Assembly (NCBI GenBank): GCA_051418015.1
Contig: JBPRGF010000031.1
Span: 128,001-192,000 of the forward strand
From: Candidatus Nitrospinota bacterium M3_3B_026
GTDB lineage: Bacteria; Nitrospinota_A; UBA7883; JBPRGF01
Reading direction: 5' to 3'
DNA length: 64,000 bases
Below are positions 28,634-38,018 of this stretch, in pieces; position 1 is the first letter of the stretch, and each line of letters begins with the position of its first letter. Position numbers and translations under genes: made by a program. The notes beneath the pieces are model-generated. The model saw only the letters and a program-made list of their open reading frames with translations. It ran no database searches and was not told the DNA's origin.

Positions 28634-29719
28634 ATGGCGCATTACAACAAAAAGTTCATTACGTGCTTCATGACGACATCGTGCAACCTGCGTTGCAAAT
28701 ACTGCATAACATCGTCCATGGACCGCGATAACACGAATATAGACCTCGACTTCGTCCGCGCCGCAATGAGTGAGTATTTCGAGAAAACGCGCAACTACAA
28801 GGTGCGTTTCTACAGCGTGGGCGAGCCCACGGAAAACATCGAAGGCATAAAAAACGTCGTGGACATCGCCCAGGAGCTGAGCGGCGGCTCGGCCTATTTC
28901 GAGCTTCTGACGAACGGTTTCTTCAATGACGCCACCGCTGAATGGATCGGAAACAACATACACCGCGTCTGGGTCTCCTATGACGGACCGCAGGACGTGT
29001 GCGACGACATACGGATCACCCCAAAGGGAAAAGGCAGCGCCGAGCGGATAATACGCAACATCCATAAACTCAACGAGATGACCTCGGTCGGAATCGGCCT
29101 CACGGTCAACCAGTTCAACCTGAAAAGACAGGTGGAGGTCATAGAGGAGGTCCACGGCATGGGAATCAACTGCATGATCTCCAAAGCCTGCATAAACCCC
29201 GTCGGCAAGGACCTCGACGACATCTACGCCGTGGACATCATGGACTACGCCGAGGAGTTCATAAAGGCGTGGCGGCGCGGGCGGGAGCTTGGCCTGCATT
29301 ACACCAACGACCTGATATTCAACTTCGACGGCCATTGCTCCTTCTACTGCCGGGCCAATGACCCCACGCCGCACCTGACCGTGGACGGCTACGTCTCCTC
29401 GTGCGACAGGGCCTTTTCAGGGGACAGCCCCCTCAAGGAGCTTATCTACGGCAAGTGGGACCCGAGAACCAAAAGCATCGAATATTACCCGGACAGAATC
29501 GAAAAACTTCAAAACCGCAGGGTCGAGAACATGGAGGAGTGCAAAGACTGCGAGATACGCTACCAGTGCGCGGGCCACTGCCTGGGCACGGTCTACCAGT
29601 ACACCGGCGACATGTACAAGCCGCTGACCTATTACTGCCCGGCGATCAAGTTCCTGCACAAGGAAGTTAAAAAGGACATGAAAAAAGGCGAGTTCTGGCC
29701 CATCGAGTACACCAACTGA
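28634..29719 (+). CDS. Radical SAM protein with SPASM domain
   Basis: CNLRCKYC, VGEP, TNG, VSYDG; C-terminal C..DGYVSSC and CKDCEIRYQCAGHC...YC; strong GAGGAGG RBS. Confidence 0.9.
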   Translation: MAHYNKKFITCFMTTSCNLRCKYCITSSMDRDNTNIDLDFVRAAMSEYFEKTRNYKVRFYSVGEPTENIEGIKNVVDIAQELSGGSAYFELLTNGFFNDATAEWIGNNIHRVWVSYDGPQDVCDDIRITPKGKGSAERIIRNIHKLNEMTSVGIGLTVNQFNLKRQVEVIEEVHGMGINCMISKACINPVGKDLDDIYAVDIMDYAEEFIKAWRRGRELGLHYTNDLIFNFDGHCSFYCRANDPTPHLTVDGYVSSCDRAFSGDSPLKELIYGKWDPRTKSIEYYPDRIEKLQNRRVENMEECKDCEIRYQCAGHCLGTVYQYTGDMYKPLTYYCPAIKFLHKEVKKDMKKGEFWPIEYTN

Positions 29720-29777
29720 GGGTCGTCTGAAGGCCGGCGCGGAAAAAGGAGCGTAAATTAATGAAAGAGCGTAAAGG

Positions 29778-30314
29778 GTGAGCGGCAAAACAGAGATGAC
29801 GAAACGAAGCGGAGCCGACGAGGCGCCGGTCGCGTTGCGCGGGCCGGAGAGGGCCGACGGCAAGAGCCTTTACGACCTTGTCCGCTCCTGCCCTCCGCTG
29901 GACGTCAACTCGGTCTACGCCTACTACCTGGTGGCGGAGCATTTCGCCGGGACCAGCGTCGTCGCCGAGGTAAACGGGCGGACAGCCGGTTTCGTCTCCG
30001 CGTACATCCCCCCCGGCCGGGAGGATACCCTGTTCGTGTGGCAGGTGGCCGTCTCGCCAGACGCGCGCGGCAGGGGGCTTGCGGGCAGGATGCTCCGCGA
30101 GATTCTGTCCAGGCCCGCGCTCGGGAAAATCCGGCACGTCGAGACAACGATAACACCGTCCAACGAGGCGTCGAAACGGCTCTTCTCGCGGCTTGCGGAA
30201 AGGCTCGGATGCGGCGTCGAAAAAGAAATTTTCATCCCGGCCGAATGGTTCGGGGAGGGCTCCCACGAAGAGGAGGTCCTTTTCCGGATCGGGCCGTTCG
30301 AAAACGTTTATTAA
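29778..30314 (+). CDS. ectA: L-2,4-diaminobutyrate acetyltransferase
   Basis: CPPLDVNSVYAY, HFAGT, LFVWQVAV...RGRG, ETTITPSNEAS, HEEE.LFRIGP. Alternative start ATG 29796. Confidence 0.95.
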   Translation: MSGKTEMTKRSGADEAPVALRGPERADGKSLYDLVRSCPPLDVNSVYAYYLVAEHFAGTSVVAEVNGRTAGFVSAYIPPGREDTLFVWQVAVSPDARGRGLAGRMLREILSRPALGKIRHVETTITPSNEASKRLFSRLAERLGCGVEKEIFIPAEWFGEGSHEEEVLFRIGPFENVY

Positions 30315-30334
30315 CTTTGAAAGGTGGAATAACC

Positions 30335-31612
30335 ATGCGAGTCATTGAAAATATGGAATCGGAAGTGCGGGGCTACGTCAGGTCGTTCCCGGCCGTCTTC
30401 GACAAGGCGGAGGGCGCGATTCTCTACGACAAGCACGGCGAAAGGTACGTCGACTTTTTCGCCGGGGCCGGCACGCTCAACTACGGGCATAACAACCCCA
30501 ATATCACCAAGGCGCTCATAGAGTATCTCCAGGGCGGCGGCGTGGTCCACGGCCTGGACAAGGCCACCGTGGCCAAGATCGAGTTCCTGCAAAAGCTCCA
30601 CGACACGATACTGGCGCCCCGTAACCTCAACTACAAGGTCCAGTTCACGGGCCCCACGGGTACCAACGCCGTGGAGACGGCGCTGAAGCTCGCCAGGATG
30701 GTCAAACGCAGGTCGAACGTCATCTCCTTCACCAACGGCTACCACGGCCTGACGATGGGCTCCATGGCCGTGACGGGCAACACTTTCTACAGGGACGAGT
30801 CCTACGGGCTGAGGGTGAACACGGCCTTCATGCCGTATGACAAGTATTTCGGCCCGGAGGTGGACACGATCGAATATTTCAGAAAATACCTCGAGGACCC
30901 GAGCAGTGGCGTCGACCAGCCCGCGGCGGTGATACTGGAGACAACCCAGTGCGAGGGCGGCGTCAACGTGGCCAGCGCCGAATGGCTCAAGAAGCTTGAA
31001 GGGCTCTGCCGCGAGTTCGAGATACTCATGATCGTGGATGACATACAGGTGGGCAACGGGCGCACGGGGCCCTTCTTCAGCTTCGAGCGGGCCGGGATCA
31101 CGCCGGATATCGTGGCCGTCTCGAAGTCCATCGGCGGCGGCCTGCCGCTTGCGCTGCTGCTCATCAAGCCGGAGCTGGACCAGTGGCAGCCGGGCGAGCA
31201 CACGGGCACCTTCAGGGGCAACAACCTCGCTTTCGTGGCGGCCACCCAGGCGCTCGGCTACTGGGAGAACGGCGACCTCACCGATGCGGTCTTCTACAAG
31301 GGCCAGATCATGGAAGAGGAGCTGAGAGGCTTCATGGAGGCCCATCCCGACCTCGGCCTGGAGTTGCGCGGGCTGGGGATGCTGTGGGGGCTCGATTTCA
31401 AGGTCCGGGGCGCGGCCAGCGAGATATCCAAGCTGGCCTTCGAAAAGGGGCTCATCATCGAAGTGGCGGGAGCAGAGGACAACGTACTCAAGCTGCTGCC
31501 GGCCCTGACGATCGAGGAGGAGCTGCTCCGGGAGGGGCTCGGGATAATCGGAGAGACCATAAACGAGTTCGAAAAGGGTAAGAAGGATTTTCTGGTGGGC
31601 AAGACGATATGA
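30335..31612 (+). CDS. ectB: Diaminobutyrate-2-oxoglutarate transaminase
   Basis: ESEVRGYVRSFP, DFFAGAGTLNYGHN, GPTGTNAVE, DDIQVG, SKSIGG, GEHTGTFRGNN. Confidence 0.97.
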   Translation: MRVIENMESEVRGYVRSFPAVFDKAEGAILYDKHGERYVDFFAGAGTLNYGHNNPNITKALIEYLQGGGVVHGLDKATVAKIEFLQKLHDTILAPRNLNYKVQFTGPTGTNAVETALKLARMVKRRSNVISFTNGYHGLTMGSMAVTGNTFYRDESYGLRVNTAFMPYDKYFGPEVDTIEYFRKYLEDPSSGVDQPAAVILETTQCEGGVNVASAEWLKKLEGLCREFEILMIVDDIQVGNGRTGPFFSFERAGITPDIVAVSKSIGGGLPLALLLIKPELDQWQPGEHTGTFRGNNLAFVAATQALGYWENGDLTDAVFYKGQIMEEELRGFMEAHPDLGLELRGLGMLWGLDFKVRGAASEISKLAFEKGLIIEVAGAEDNVLKLLPALTIEEELLREGLGIIGETINEFEKGKKDFLVGKTI

Positions 31613-32013
31613 TCGTAAGAACTCTGGAAGAAGCCAAAGACACCGAAAGGGAGGTCAAAGCCGGCAAGGGAACATGGGTAAGCCGCCGCCTGCTGTTGCG
31701 GGACGACGGGATGGGGTTTTCCCTGCATGACACCACCATCTTCGCCGGCACGGAGACCTATATCTGGTACAAGCATCACCTGGAGGCGGTCTACTGCGTG
31801 GCCGGGGAGGGAGAGATAGAGGTCATCGGGACCGGCGAAAAACACCGGATCACCGACGGGACCATGTACGCCCTGGACGGCCACGAGAAACACTGGCTCC
31901 GCGCCAAAGCCGACATGCGGTTGATCTGCGTGTTCAACCCCGCCCTGACCGGCGCCGAGGATCACGACGAAGAGGGAGTCTATCCTTTGATGATGACTGA
32001 CGAGGAGCGTTGA
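31609..32013 (+). CDS. ectC: Ectoine synthase
   Basis: MIVRTL, WVSRRLLL.DDGMGFS, WYKHHLEAVYC, CVFNP.LTG.E.HDEEG.YP. Confidence 0.97.
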   Translation: MIVRTLEEAKDTEREVKAGKGTWVSRRLLLRDDGMGFSLHDTTIFAGTETYIWYKHHLEAVYCVAGEGEIEVIGTGEKHRITDGTMYALDGHEKHWLRAKADMRLICVFNPALTGAEDHDEEGVYPLMMTDEER

Positions 32014-32016
32014 CCG

Positions 32017-32370
32017 ATGCCGGGGACAATGCAAAGAGCGGCGGAAAACGAGCTGGATCTTTACCCCACGCGGGAAGACGAGGAAAAAATCATCGGCCGG
32101 GCCGATCCCGTCGGGCGGCTCATGAGGGGCAGGCGCATGGCCGGGGTATACGGGCCGCCGGGCACGCTGGTTCTCCACGAGGGCAACATCATGCACGGCT
32201 CGTCTGATAACATATCACCCATGCCTAGAACGAACCTGTTTTTCGTATACAACAGCGTCCATAACAAGCCCGCGCCGAGGCCTTTCGCTGCGCCCCGGTT
32301 CCGGCCGGAGTTTCTGGGCAGCGCGGACAGGGACCCTCTCAAGCCGGCGCAAGCGCCGTGGAGGCCATGA
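32017..32370 (+). pseudogene. ectD: Ectoine hydroxylase remnant with large in-frame internal deletion
   Basis: EctD N-terminus (DLYPTR...RADPV) joined to its C-terminus (MHGSSDNISPMPRTNLFFVYNSVHN...PF...RPEF); the FxWHSDFETWH signature is absent; 117 aa versus about 300. Confidence 0.85.
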
Positions 32371-33260
32371 CCTGCCCGGCGGGAAGGGGATGGCGGACGG
32401 CCCTGCTCATCCTGCTCGCCCTTTTCCTTGCGGCGGGCGCGGGTTGCCAGGCGCGGGAGAAAGAGAAGGGCGGCGCCTACGGGCGGATGCTGGACTCCGG
32501 CGTCGTTCGGGTGGGGTTCGCCAACGAGGCCCCATACGCCTTCCTGGACGAGGACGGCCGCCTGACAGGCGAGGCGCCGGAGATCATACGGGCGGTGATG
32601 AATGAGCTCGGTGTGGAGCGCGTGGAGGGGGTTCTCACGGAGTTCGGCTCCCTCATACCCGGCCTCAAGGCGGGCCGATTCGACATAATCGCCGCCGGGA
32701 TGTACATCACGCCCGAACGATGCCGGCAGATAGCCTTCACCAATCCAACGTACAGGATGGGAGAGGCGTTCCTCGTCCGGAAGGGCAACCCGCTTGACCT
32801 TCACGGCTACGAGGACGTCAAGGAGAAACCAGCCGCCAGGCTGGGCGTCGTCGCCGGGGCGGTGGAGCTTGGCTACGCCATTGCGGTGGGCGTGCCGAGG
32901 AAGAGAATATCCGTCCTGCCCGACGCCCCCAGCGCCGTGGGCGCCCTCATGGCGGACAGGATCGACGCCTACGCCGGGACATCCCTCACCGTGCGCGACA
33001 TGTACGGCAAATCAGAGGACGCGGACGTTGAGATCGCCGAACCGTTCACGGACCCGGTGATAGATGGCAAAACGGCGGCCGGATACGGCGCCTTCGGCCT
33101 GCGCAAGGAGGACGGGCGGCTCCTGAAAAGGATCAACAAGACCCTGGACGATTTCATCGGCTCGGAGCGCCACCGAAAGCTTGTCGCCCCCTTCGGGTTC
33201 GGCGAGGCGCAGCTGCCGGGGGATAAGACCGCCGCCGAGCTTTGCGAGAGAGGGGCGTAG
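32367..33260 (+). CDS. ehuB: Ectoine/hydroxyectoine ABC transporter substrate-binding protein
   Basis: VGFANEAPY, TGEAPE, TEFGSLIPGLKAGRFD, KGNP, PFGF; ATGA-coupled to the ectD remnant. Confidence 0.92.
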   Translation: MTCPAGRGWRTALLILLALFLAAGAGCQAREKEKGGAYGRMLDSGVVRVGFANEAPYAFLDEDGRLTGEAPEIIRAVMNELGVERVEGVLTEFGSLIPGLKAGRFDIIAAGMYITPERCRQIAFTNPTYRMGEAFLVRKGNPLDLHGYEDVKEKPAARLGVVAGAVELGYAIAVGVPRKRISVLPDAPSAVGALMADRIDAYAGTSLTVRDMYGKSEDADVEIAEPFTDPVIDGKTAAGYGAFGLRKEDGRLLKRINKTLDDFIGSERHRKLVAPFGFGEAQLPGDKTAAELCERGA

Positions 33261-33312
33261 GCCGTTGACCGGGGTTTCTGGGCGTTGCGTCAACCCGCCG
33301 CGCGCTTGACCC

Positions 33313-33960
33313 ATGCCTGAATTTTTCGCGCTTTTACCCCCCCTGCTTTCGGGGCTGAAGACTACCGTAATCATAACCGTCGCCGCCGCGGTGGTCGCTC
33401 TCGTGACGGCTTTCATAGCCGGGCTCATGCGGATTTCGCGCCGGGCCTGGGTGAGGGCGCCGGCGGTGGCGTACATCGACTTTTTCCGGGGCACGTCGGC
33501 GCTGGTCCAGCTTTTCTGGGCCTATTACGCCCTCCCCCTCCTGGGCGTCAGGCTGGACGCCATGACGGTGGCGATAGTCGTTCTCGGCCTGAACATCGGC
33601 GCCTACGGCGCGGAGGTGGTCCGCGGGGCCATACAGTCCATCCACGCCGGGCAGTGGGAGGCGGCGGTGGCGCTCAACTTCACCAGGACGCAGACGCTGG
33701 CGCGGATCATCATACCGCAGGCGGTCGTGGTGATGATGCCGACCTTCGGCAACCTGCTCGTGGAGCTTCTGAAAAGCACAGCGCTGGTCTCGCTTATCAC
33801 CATAGGAGACCTCACGTTCCAGGGCCAGGCCCTGCGGTCGTCCACCATGCGCTCGGCGGAGATCTTTTCGTTGACGCTCGCGCTCTATTTCGTGACGGCG
33901 CTGGCGCTGCTTTACGGATTCAGGCGGCTGGAGAAGAAATTGGCGCTTTACAAGGGATGA
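33313..33960 (+). CDS. ehuC: Ectoine ABC transporter permease
   Basis: FRGTSALVQLFW, GAYGAEVVRGAI, GQWEAA, LKSTALVSLI. Confidence 0.9.
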   Translation: MPEFFALLPPLLSGLKTTVIITVAAAVVALVTAFIAGLMRISRRAWVRAPAVAYIDFFRGTSALVQLFWAYYALPLLGVRLDAMTVAIVVLGLNIGAYGAEVVRGAIQSIHAGQWEAAVALNFTRTQTLARIIIPQAVVVMMPTFGNLLVELLKSTALVSLITIGDLTFQGQALRSSTMRSAEIFSLTLALYFVTALALLYGFRRLEKKLALYKG

Positions 33961-33970
33961 GGACGGGGAC

Positions 33971-34618
33971 TTGATATTCGACTGGAAGTACACCGCCGAG
34001 ATATTGCCGGAGCTTCTGCGCGCGCTGGTTGTGACCGTGGAGGCGACGGCGCTGGGGATGGGCATCGCGCTGGTCCTGGGGCTTTTATGGGCGCTGCTTC
34101 GCATGTCCGGCTCCAGCGCCGTCTCCGGAACGGCCTCGTGGGCCGTGGAGTTCATCCGGGACACGCCGCTCCTGATACAGATATACTTCTTCTTCTACGT
34201 GGCGCCGGAGTTCGGGCCGAAGCTTTCGCCCTTCGCCACCGGCGTGATCGCGCTGGGAGTCCACTACAGCGCATACCTGGCCGAGGTCTACCGGGCGGGG
34301 ATAGAGGCGGTGGGCAGGGGGCAGTGGGAGGCGGCGGTGGCCATGAACTTCAGCCGGGCCGACACGTGGCGGCGGATAATCCTGCCGCAGGCGATTCCGC
34401 CGATGATACCGGTGCTGGGCAACTACCTTATCGCCATGTTCAAGGACACGCCGATGCTGGCGGCGATCACCGTCATGGAGCTTTTGCAGACGGCGAAGCT
34501 GATGGGCGCGGAGTCGTTCCGGTACCTGGAGCCGCTGACGGTGGTGGGGCTTTTGTTCCTGCTCGTCAGCCTGGCCTCCTCGGTGGCTGTGAGAAAACTG
34601 GAAGAGCGGTTCGCCTGA
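33971..34618 (+). CDS. ehuD: Ectoine ABC transporter permease
   Basis: FDWKY..EILP, EFIRDTPLLIQ, HYSAY.AEVYRAGI, MFKDTP; TTG start. Confidence 0.9.
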   Translation: MIFDWKYTAEILPELLRALVVTVEATALGMGIALVLGLLWALLRMSGSSAVSGTASWAVEFIRDTPLLIQIYFFFYVAPEFGPKLSPFATGVIALGVHYSAYLAEVYRAGIEAVGRGQWEAAVAMNFSRADTWRRIILPQAIPPMIPVLGNYLIAMFKDTPMLAAITVMELLQTAKLMGAESFRYLEPLTVVGLLFLLVSLASSVAVRKLEERFA

Positions 34619-34637
34619 AAAACGAGGGAATATCGAA

Positions 34638-35411
34638 ATGACGCAAGAAACCATCATCCACATGAAAGACGTCCGCAAATCATTCGGCGATGTGGAGGTG
34701 CTGCGCGATTTCTCCATGGAAATCCCGGCCAGGCAGAAGATCGTCATACTGGGCCCCAGCGGCTCGGGCAAATCGACCGTCCTGCGGATACTGATGACGC
34801 TGGAGGACATCGACTCCGGGACGGTGATGATCGACGGGAAGATGCTGTGGCGCGCAGAGGACGGCCGCTCCGTCCGCGCGAAAGGGGCGGAGCTGAAAGG
34901 AATAAGGGGAGAGATCGGGATGGTCTTCCAGCATTTCAACCTTTTCCCGCACATGAACGTTTTGCGCAACGTCACCGAGGCGCCCGTGCGAGTGCTGGGC
35001 CTTTCCGCGGAGGAGGCCCGGCGGCAGGCCCTCGAGCTGCTGGAGAACGTGGGGCTTGGCGACAAGACCGAGGCCTGGCCGGCCCAGCTCTCCGGCGGGC
35101 AAAAACAGCGCGTGGCGATCGCCCGGGCGCTGGCCATGAGGCCGCGGATAATGCTGTTCGACGAGGTGACCTCCGCCCTGGACCCGGAGCTGGTGGGCGA
35201 GGTGCTGGGCGTCCTGAAAAAACTGGCGAAGGAAAGCGAGATGACGATGCTGTTCGTCACCCATCACCTTGAATTCGCAAGGGAGATAGCCGACCGCCTG
35301 GTCTTCATGGACCACGGGATCATCCTCCACGACAGCCCGCCGGCCGATTTTTTCACGAAAACGGACAACGAACGGGTGAGAAGGTTTCTCGACGTGATAA
35401 CCCAACAGTGA
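34638..35411 (+). CDS. ehuA: Ectoine ABC transporter ATP-binding protein
   Basis: GPSGSGKST..RILMTLE, LSGGQKQR, FDEVTSALDPELVGEV. Confidence 0.93.
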   Translation: MTQETIIHMKDVRKSFGDVEVLRDFSMEIPARQKIVILGPSGSGKSTVLRILMTLEDIDSGTVMIDGKMLWRAEDGRSVRAKGAELKGIRGEIGMVFQHFNLFPHMNVLRNVTEAPVRVLGLSAEEARRQALELLENVGLGDKTEAWPAQLSGGQKQRVAIARALAMRPRIMLFDEVTSALDPELVGEVLGVLKKLAKESEMTMLFVTHHLEFAREIADRLVFMDHGIILHDSPPADFFTKTDNERVRRFLDVITQQ

Positions 35412-35436
35412 TCCGAGATCGAAGAGGAGGGAGACG

Positions 35437-36192
35437 ATGAGCAAGGAGATACTCGACAAGCACTACAAGGACCTGGCGGACAACTACGACGACTTTCTCT
35501 ACTACTCTCCCGAGTTCGTGCGAACGCTGACCGGCAAGATGGTGGAAAAACTGGAGCTCGAGGAAGACGACCTGCTCGTCGACCTTGGCTGCGGGACGGG
35601 CATGTACACCCTCGACATTCTCAAGCAGGTCCCGTTGCGAAGGAAGGTCATCTGCGTGGACCCTTACCCGGAGATGCTCGAGCAGATCCCGGAGGATTCC
35701 CACACGCTGCGGGTGGAGGAGGACGCCCTCGGTTTTTCCGAAAAGCCGGGCGCCTATGACAAAATCCTGATGAAAGAGGCGGTCCACCATATCAGCGACC
35801 GGGCGCGGCTTTTCAAGAACCTCCATGACAGGCTCAACGACGGCGGTGTCCTTCTGCTGGTCCATGTCCCGCCGGAGCTGGACTATCCTCTTTTCGAGAA
35901 GGCGCTTGCGCGCTGCAGGGAATGGCACGCCGACCCCGGCGAGCTGCGGGAGCTTTCGGCCGGGGCGGGGTTCAAGGTCGAACATGACGTCGTAAGCTAC
36001 AAGCACTCCATACCGAAAGACAAATACTTCAAGATGGTGGAGAACCGCTACATGTCGGCGCTGACGTCCCTTGGGGACGACGAGATCAGGAGGGGTCTTG
36101 AGGAGATGGAGCGCAAGTTCGCGGACGTGGATGTCCTGGAGTTCTACGACAATTTCGACTACATAAAACTCCGCGCCGTCAAATCCTCCTGA
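35437..36192 (+). CDS. Class I SAM-dependent methyltransferase
   Basis: VDLGCGTG, VDPYPEML, YDKILMKEAVHH; strong RBS; starts 25 nt after the ehuA stop. Confidence 0.85.
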   Translation: MSKEILDKHYKDLADNYDDFLYYSPEFVRTLTGKMVEKLELEEDDLLVDLGCGTGMYTLDILKQVPLRRKVICVDPYPEMLEQIPEDSHTLRVEEDALGFSEKPGAYDKILMKEAVHHISDRARLFKNLHDRLNDGGVLLLVHVPPELDYPLFEKALARCREWHADPGELRELSAGAGFKVEHDVVSYKHSIPKDKYFKMVENRYMSALTSLGDDEIRRGLEEMERKFADVDVLEFYDNFDYIKLRAVKSS

Positions 36193-36247
36193 CGCCGCGT
36201 CCGGCCCGCCGGGCAGGGCAAAAGGGGAAATGTTGTAAACTCTCCTC

Positions 36248-37195
36248 ATGGAGACTGAAATAGACGGCAAGCCAGTGAGGCTGCCGGATTTTCTGATCGT
36301 CGGCGCGCCCAAATGCGGCACCACCGCCATGGCCCGCTACCTCGGGCAGCATCCGGGGATATACATGCCGCGGCGGAAGGAGGCTCATTTCTTCGCCACG
36401 GACCTTTTACGGCCCGATGACCGGTTCAGGTCGCTGGACAACTACGCGAAGCTCTTCCAGTCCCCCGCCGCGAGGGGGAAGCTCATCGGGGAGGCGTCGG
36501 TTTTTTACCTTTACTCAAAGGACGCGCCGCGAAACATACACAGGCTTAACAGGGACGCCAGGATAATCATAATGCTGAGAAACCCCGTCGACATGCTTCC
36601 CTCGTATCATTCCCAGCTGGTCTTCAACGGTGACGAGGATATCCTTGGCTTTGGGGAGGCCCTCGAAGCCGAGGAGGGGAGAAAGGCGGGGGCCATCCCG
36701 ATCCCGGAAAACGTTCGCTTCAGGGAGCGTTTTTTCTACACGGAGGTCGCAAGCTTCAGCGGGCAGGTGGAGCGATACCTGGAAACGTTCGGCGAAGACC
36801 GTGTCCACGTAATCATATACGACGACTTCAAGTCCAACACGGCGGCGGTATACAGGAAAACCCTGGAGTTTCTGGGCGCCGGCCCGGAGCACAGGCCCGA
36901 GTTCAAGGTTGTAAACCCTAATAAGCGGCCCCGCCTGCGGGCTCTCAGCATCTTTCTGCGCCACCCCCCTCCCCTGGCGCGGGTGATGGCGAATAAGACG
37001 CTTCCTCGCGCCTTTCGCGCCTGGATAACGGATATGCTTGGAAAAATAAACGCAAAACACGTCCCAAGGCCCGAAATGGACCCGGAGCTTCGGCGGATGC
37101 TGAAGGCGCGCTTCGCGGACGATGTGAAACGATTGAGCCGGATTCTCGGGCGCGACCTGACCCACTGGACGGAAAACGGCGTGGAGGGCGCCTGA
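36248..37195 (+). CDS. Sulfotransferase (PAPS-dependent)
   Basis: 5'-PSB loop PDFLIVGAPKCGTT, KEAHFF, GEAS, 3'-PB LRNPVD..PS. Confidence 0.9.
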   Translation: METEIDGKPVRLPDFLIVGAPKCGTTAMARYLGQHPGIYMPRRKEAHFFATDLLRPDDRFRSLDNYAKLFQSPAARGKLIGEASVFYLYSKDAPRNIHRLNRDARIIIMLRNPVDMLPSYHSQLVFNGDEDILGFGEALEAEEGRKAGAIPIPENVRFRERFFYTEVASFSGQVERYLETFGEDRVHVIIYDDFKSNTAAVYRKTLEFLGAGPEHRPEFKVVNPNKRPRLRALSIFLRHPPPLARVMANKTLPRAFRAWITDMLGKINAKHVPRPEMDPELRRMLKARFADDVKRLSRILGRDLTHWTENGVEGA

Positions 37196-37196
37196 C

Positions 37197-38018
37197 ATGG
37201 CCCGGGACAAGCATCTTGGAACAGGTGAATACGAGCCCGGAAAATACTGGAGCGCGCGGGCGAAGGCGAGCGGCGGCTCACTGCTTCAGGCGGTCTGCGT
37301 GTTCGGCGCGACGGAGCGGGAAAACGAGGCCGCCGCGCGTATCCAGGAGGCGGCTCTCCGCAAGACACTGAAATACGTGGACCTCAATGGGAAAAACGCG
37401 CTCGAGTACGGCTGCGGCGCGGGACGCTGGATAGATTTTTTCCTGGAACGCGGCGCCGTCTGGCATGGGGTCGACATCTCCGCTGAAATGATCTCCATGC
37501 TCAAAGAAAAGTACGGCGGCGCAAAAGCCAATCATATAACCGGGGGCGGCATACCGCACCCGGCGAAAAGCATGGATTTCGTCTATTCCATAACCGTCAT
37601 ACATCACAATCCATACGAGACCCAGGAGGAAATCGCGGCGGAGATGGCGCACGTCCTCAAGGATGGAGGGAGGCTGCTGATCCTGGAGGGTGTGGGCGAT
37701 AAGGGCTTTTTCAACTATTTTCCAAGGACGAAAGAAGGCTGGGCCGGGCTCTTTGAAAAACACGGGATGACCCTCGTCCATCAGGAGGGAATGAGGAACC
37801 GGATATTCAGTGACCTGGCAAGACTGGCGAAACATAAGATCTTCTCGAAAAAGATAAAACTCTCCGATGTCAAAATATCCCCCTCGTCGTTTGCCGGCAG
37901 GGTGGCGGGCTGGCTCGACCTTGTCATCGGCCCTTGCGCGCGCGGTCTTCCGCCCGAAAGATACCGGACAAGCGTTGTCATGCTGTTCGAGAAAAAGGGC
38001 GGCCCGCCGGATGCCTGA
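37197..38018 (+). CDS. Class I SAM-dependent methyltransferase
   Basis: LEYGCGAG, GVDIS.EM, DFVYSITVIHH, LKDGG. Confidence 0.85.
   Translation: MARDKHLGTGEYEPGKYWSARAKASGGSLLQAVCVFGATERENEAAARIQEAALRKTLKYVDLNGKNALEYGCGAGRWIDFFLERGAVWHGVDISAEMISMLKEKYGGAKANHITGGGIPHPAKSMDFVYSITVIHHNPYETQEEIAAEMAHVLKDGGRLLILEGVGDKGFFNYFPRTKEGWAGLFEKHGMTLVHQEGMRNRIFSDLARLAKHKIFSKKIKLSDVKISPSSFAGRVAGWLDLVIGPCARGLPPERYRTSVVMLFEKKGGPPDA

Noticed and set aside
28634..37195. rSAM as anaerobic sulfatase maturase serving the sulfotransferase cassette
   Set aside because: There is no sulfatase (C/SxPxR) gene in the window, and sulfotransferases do not need formylglycine.
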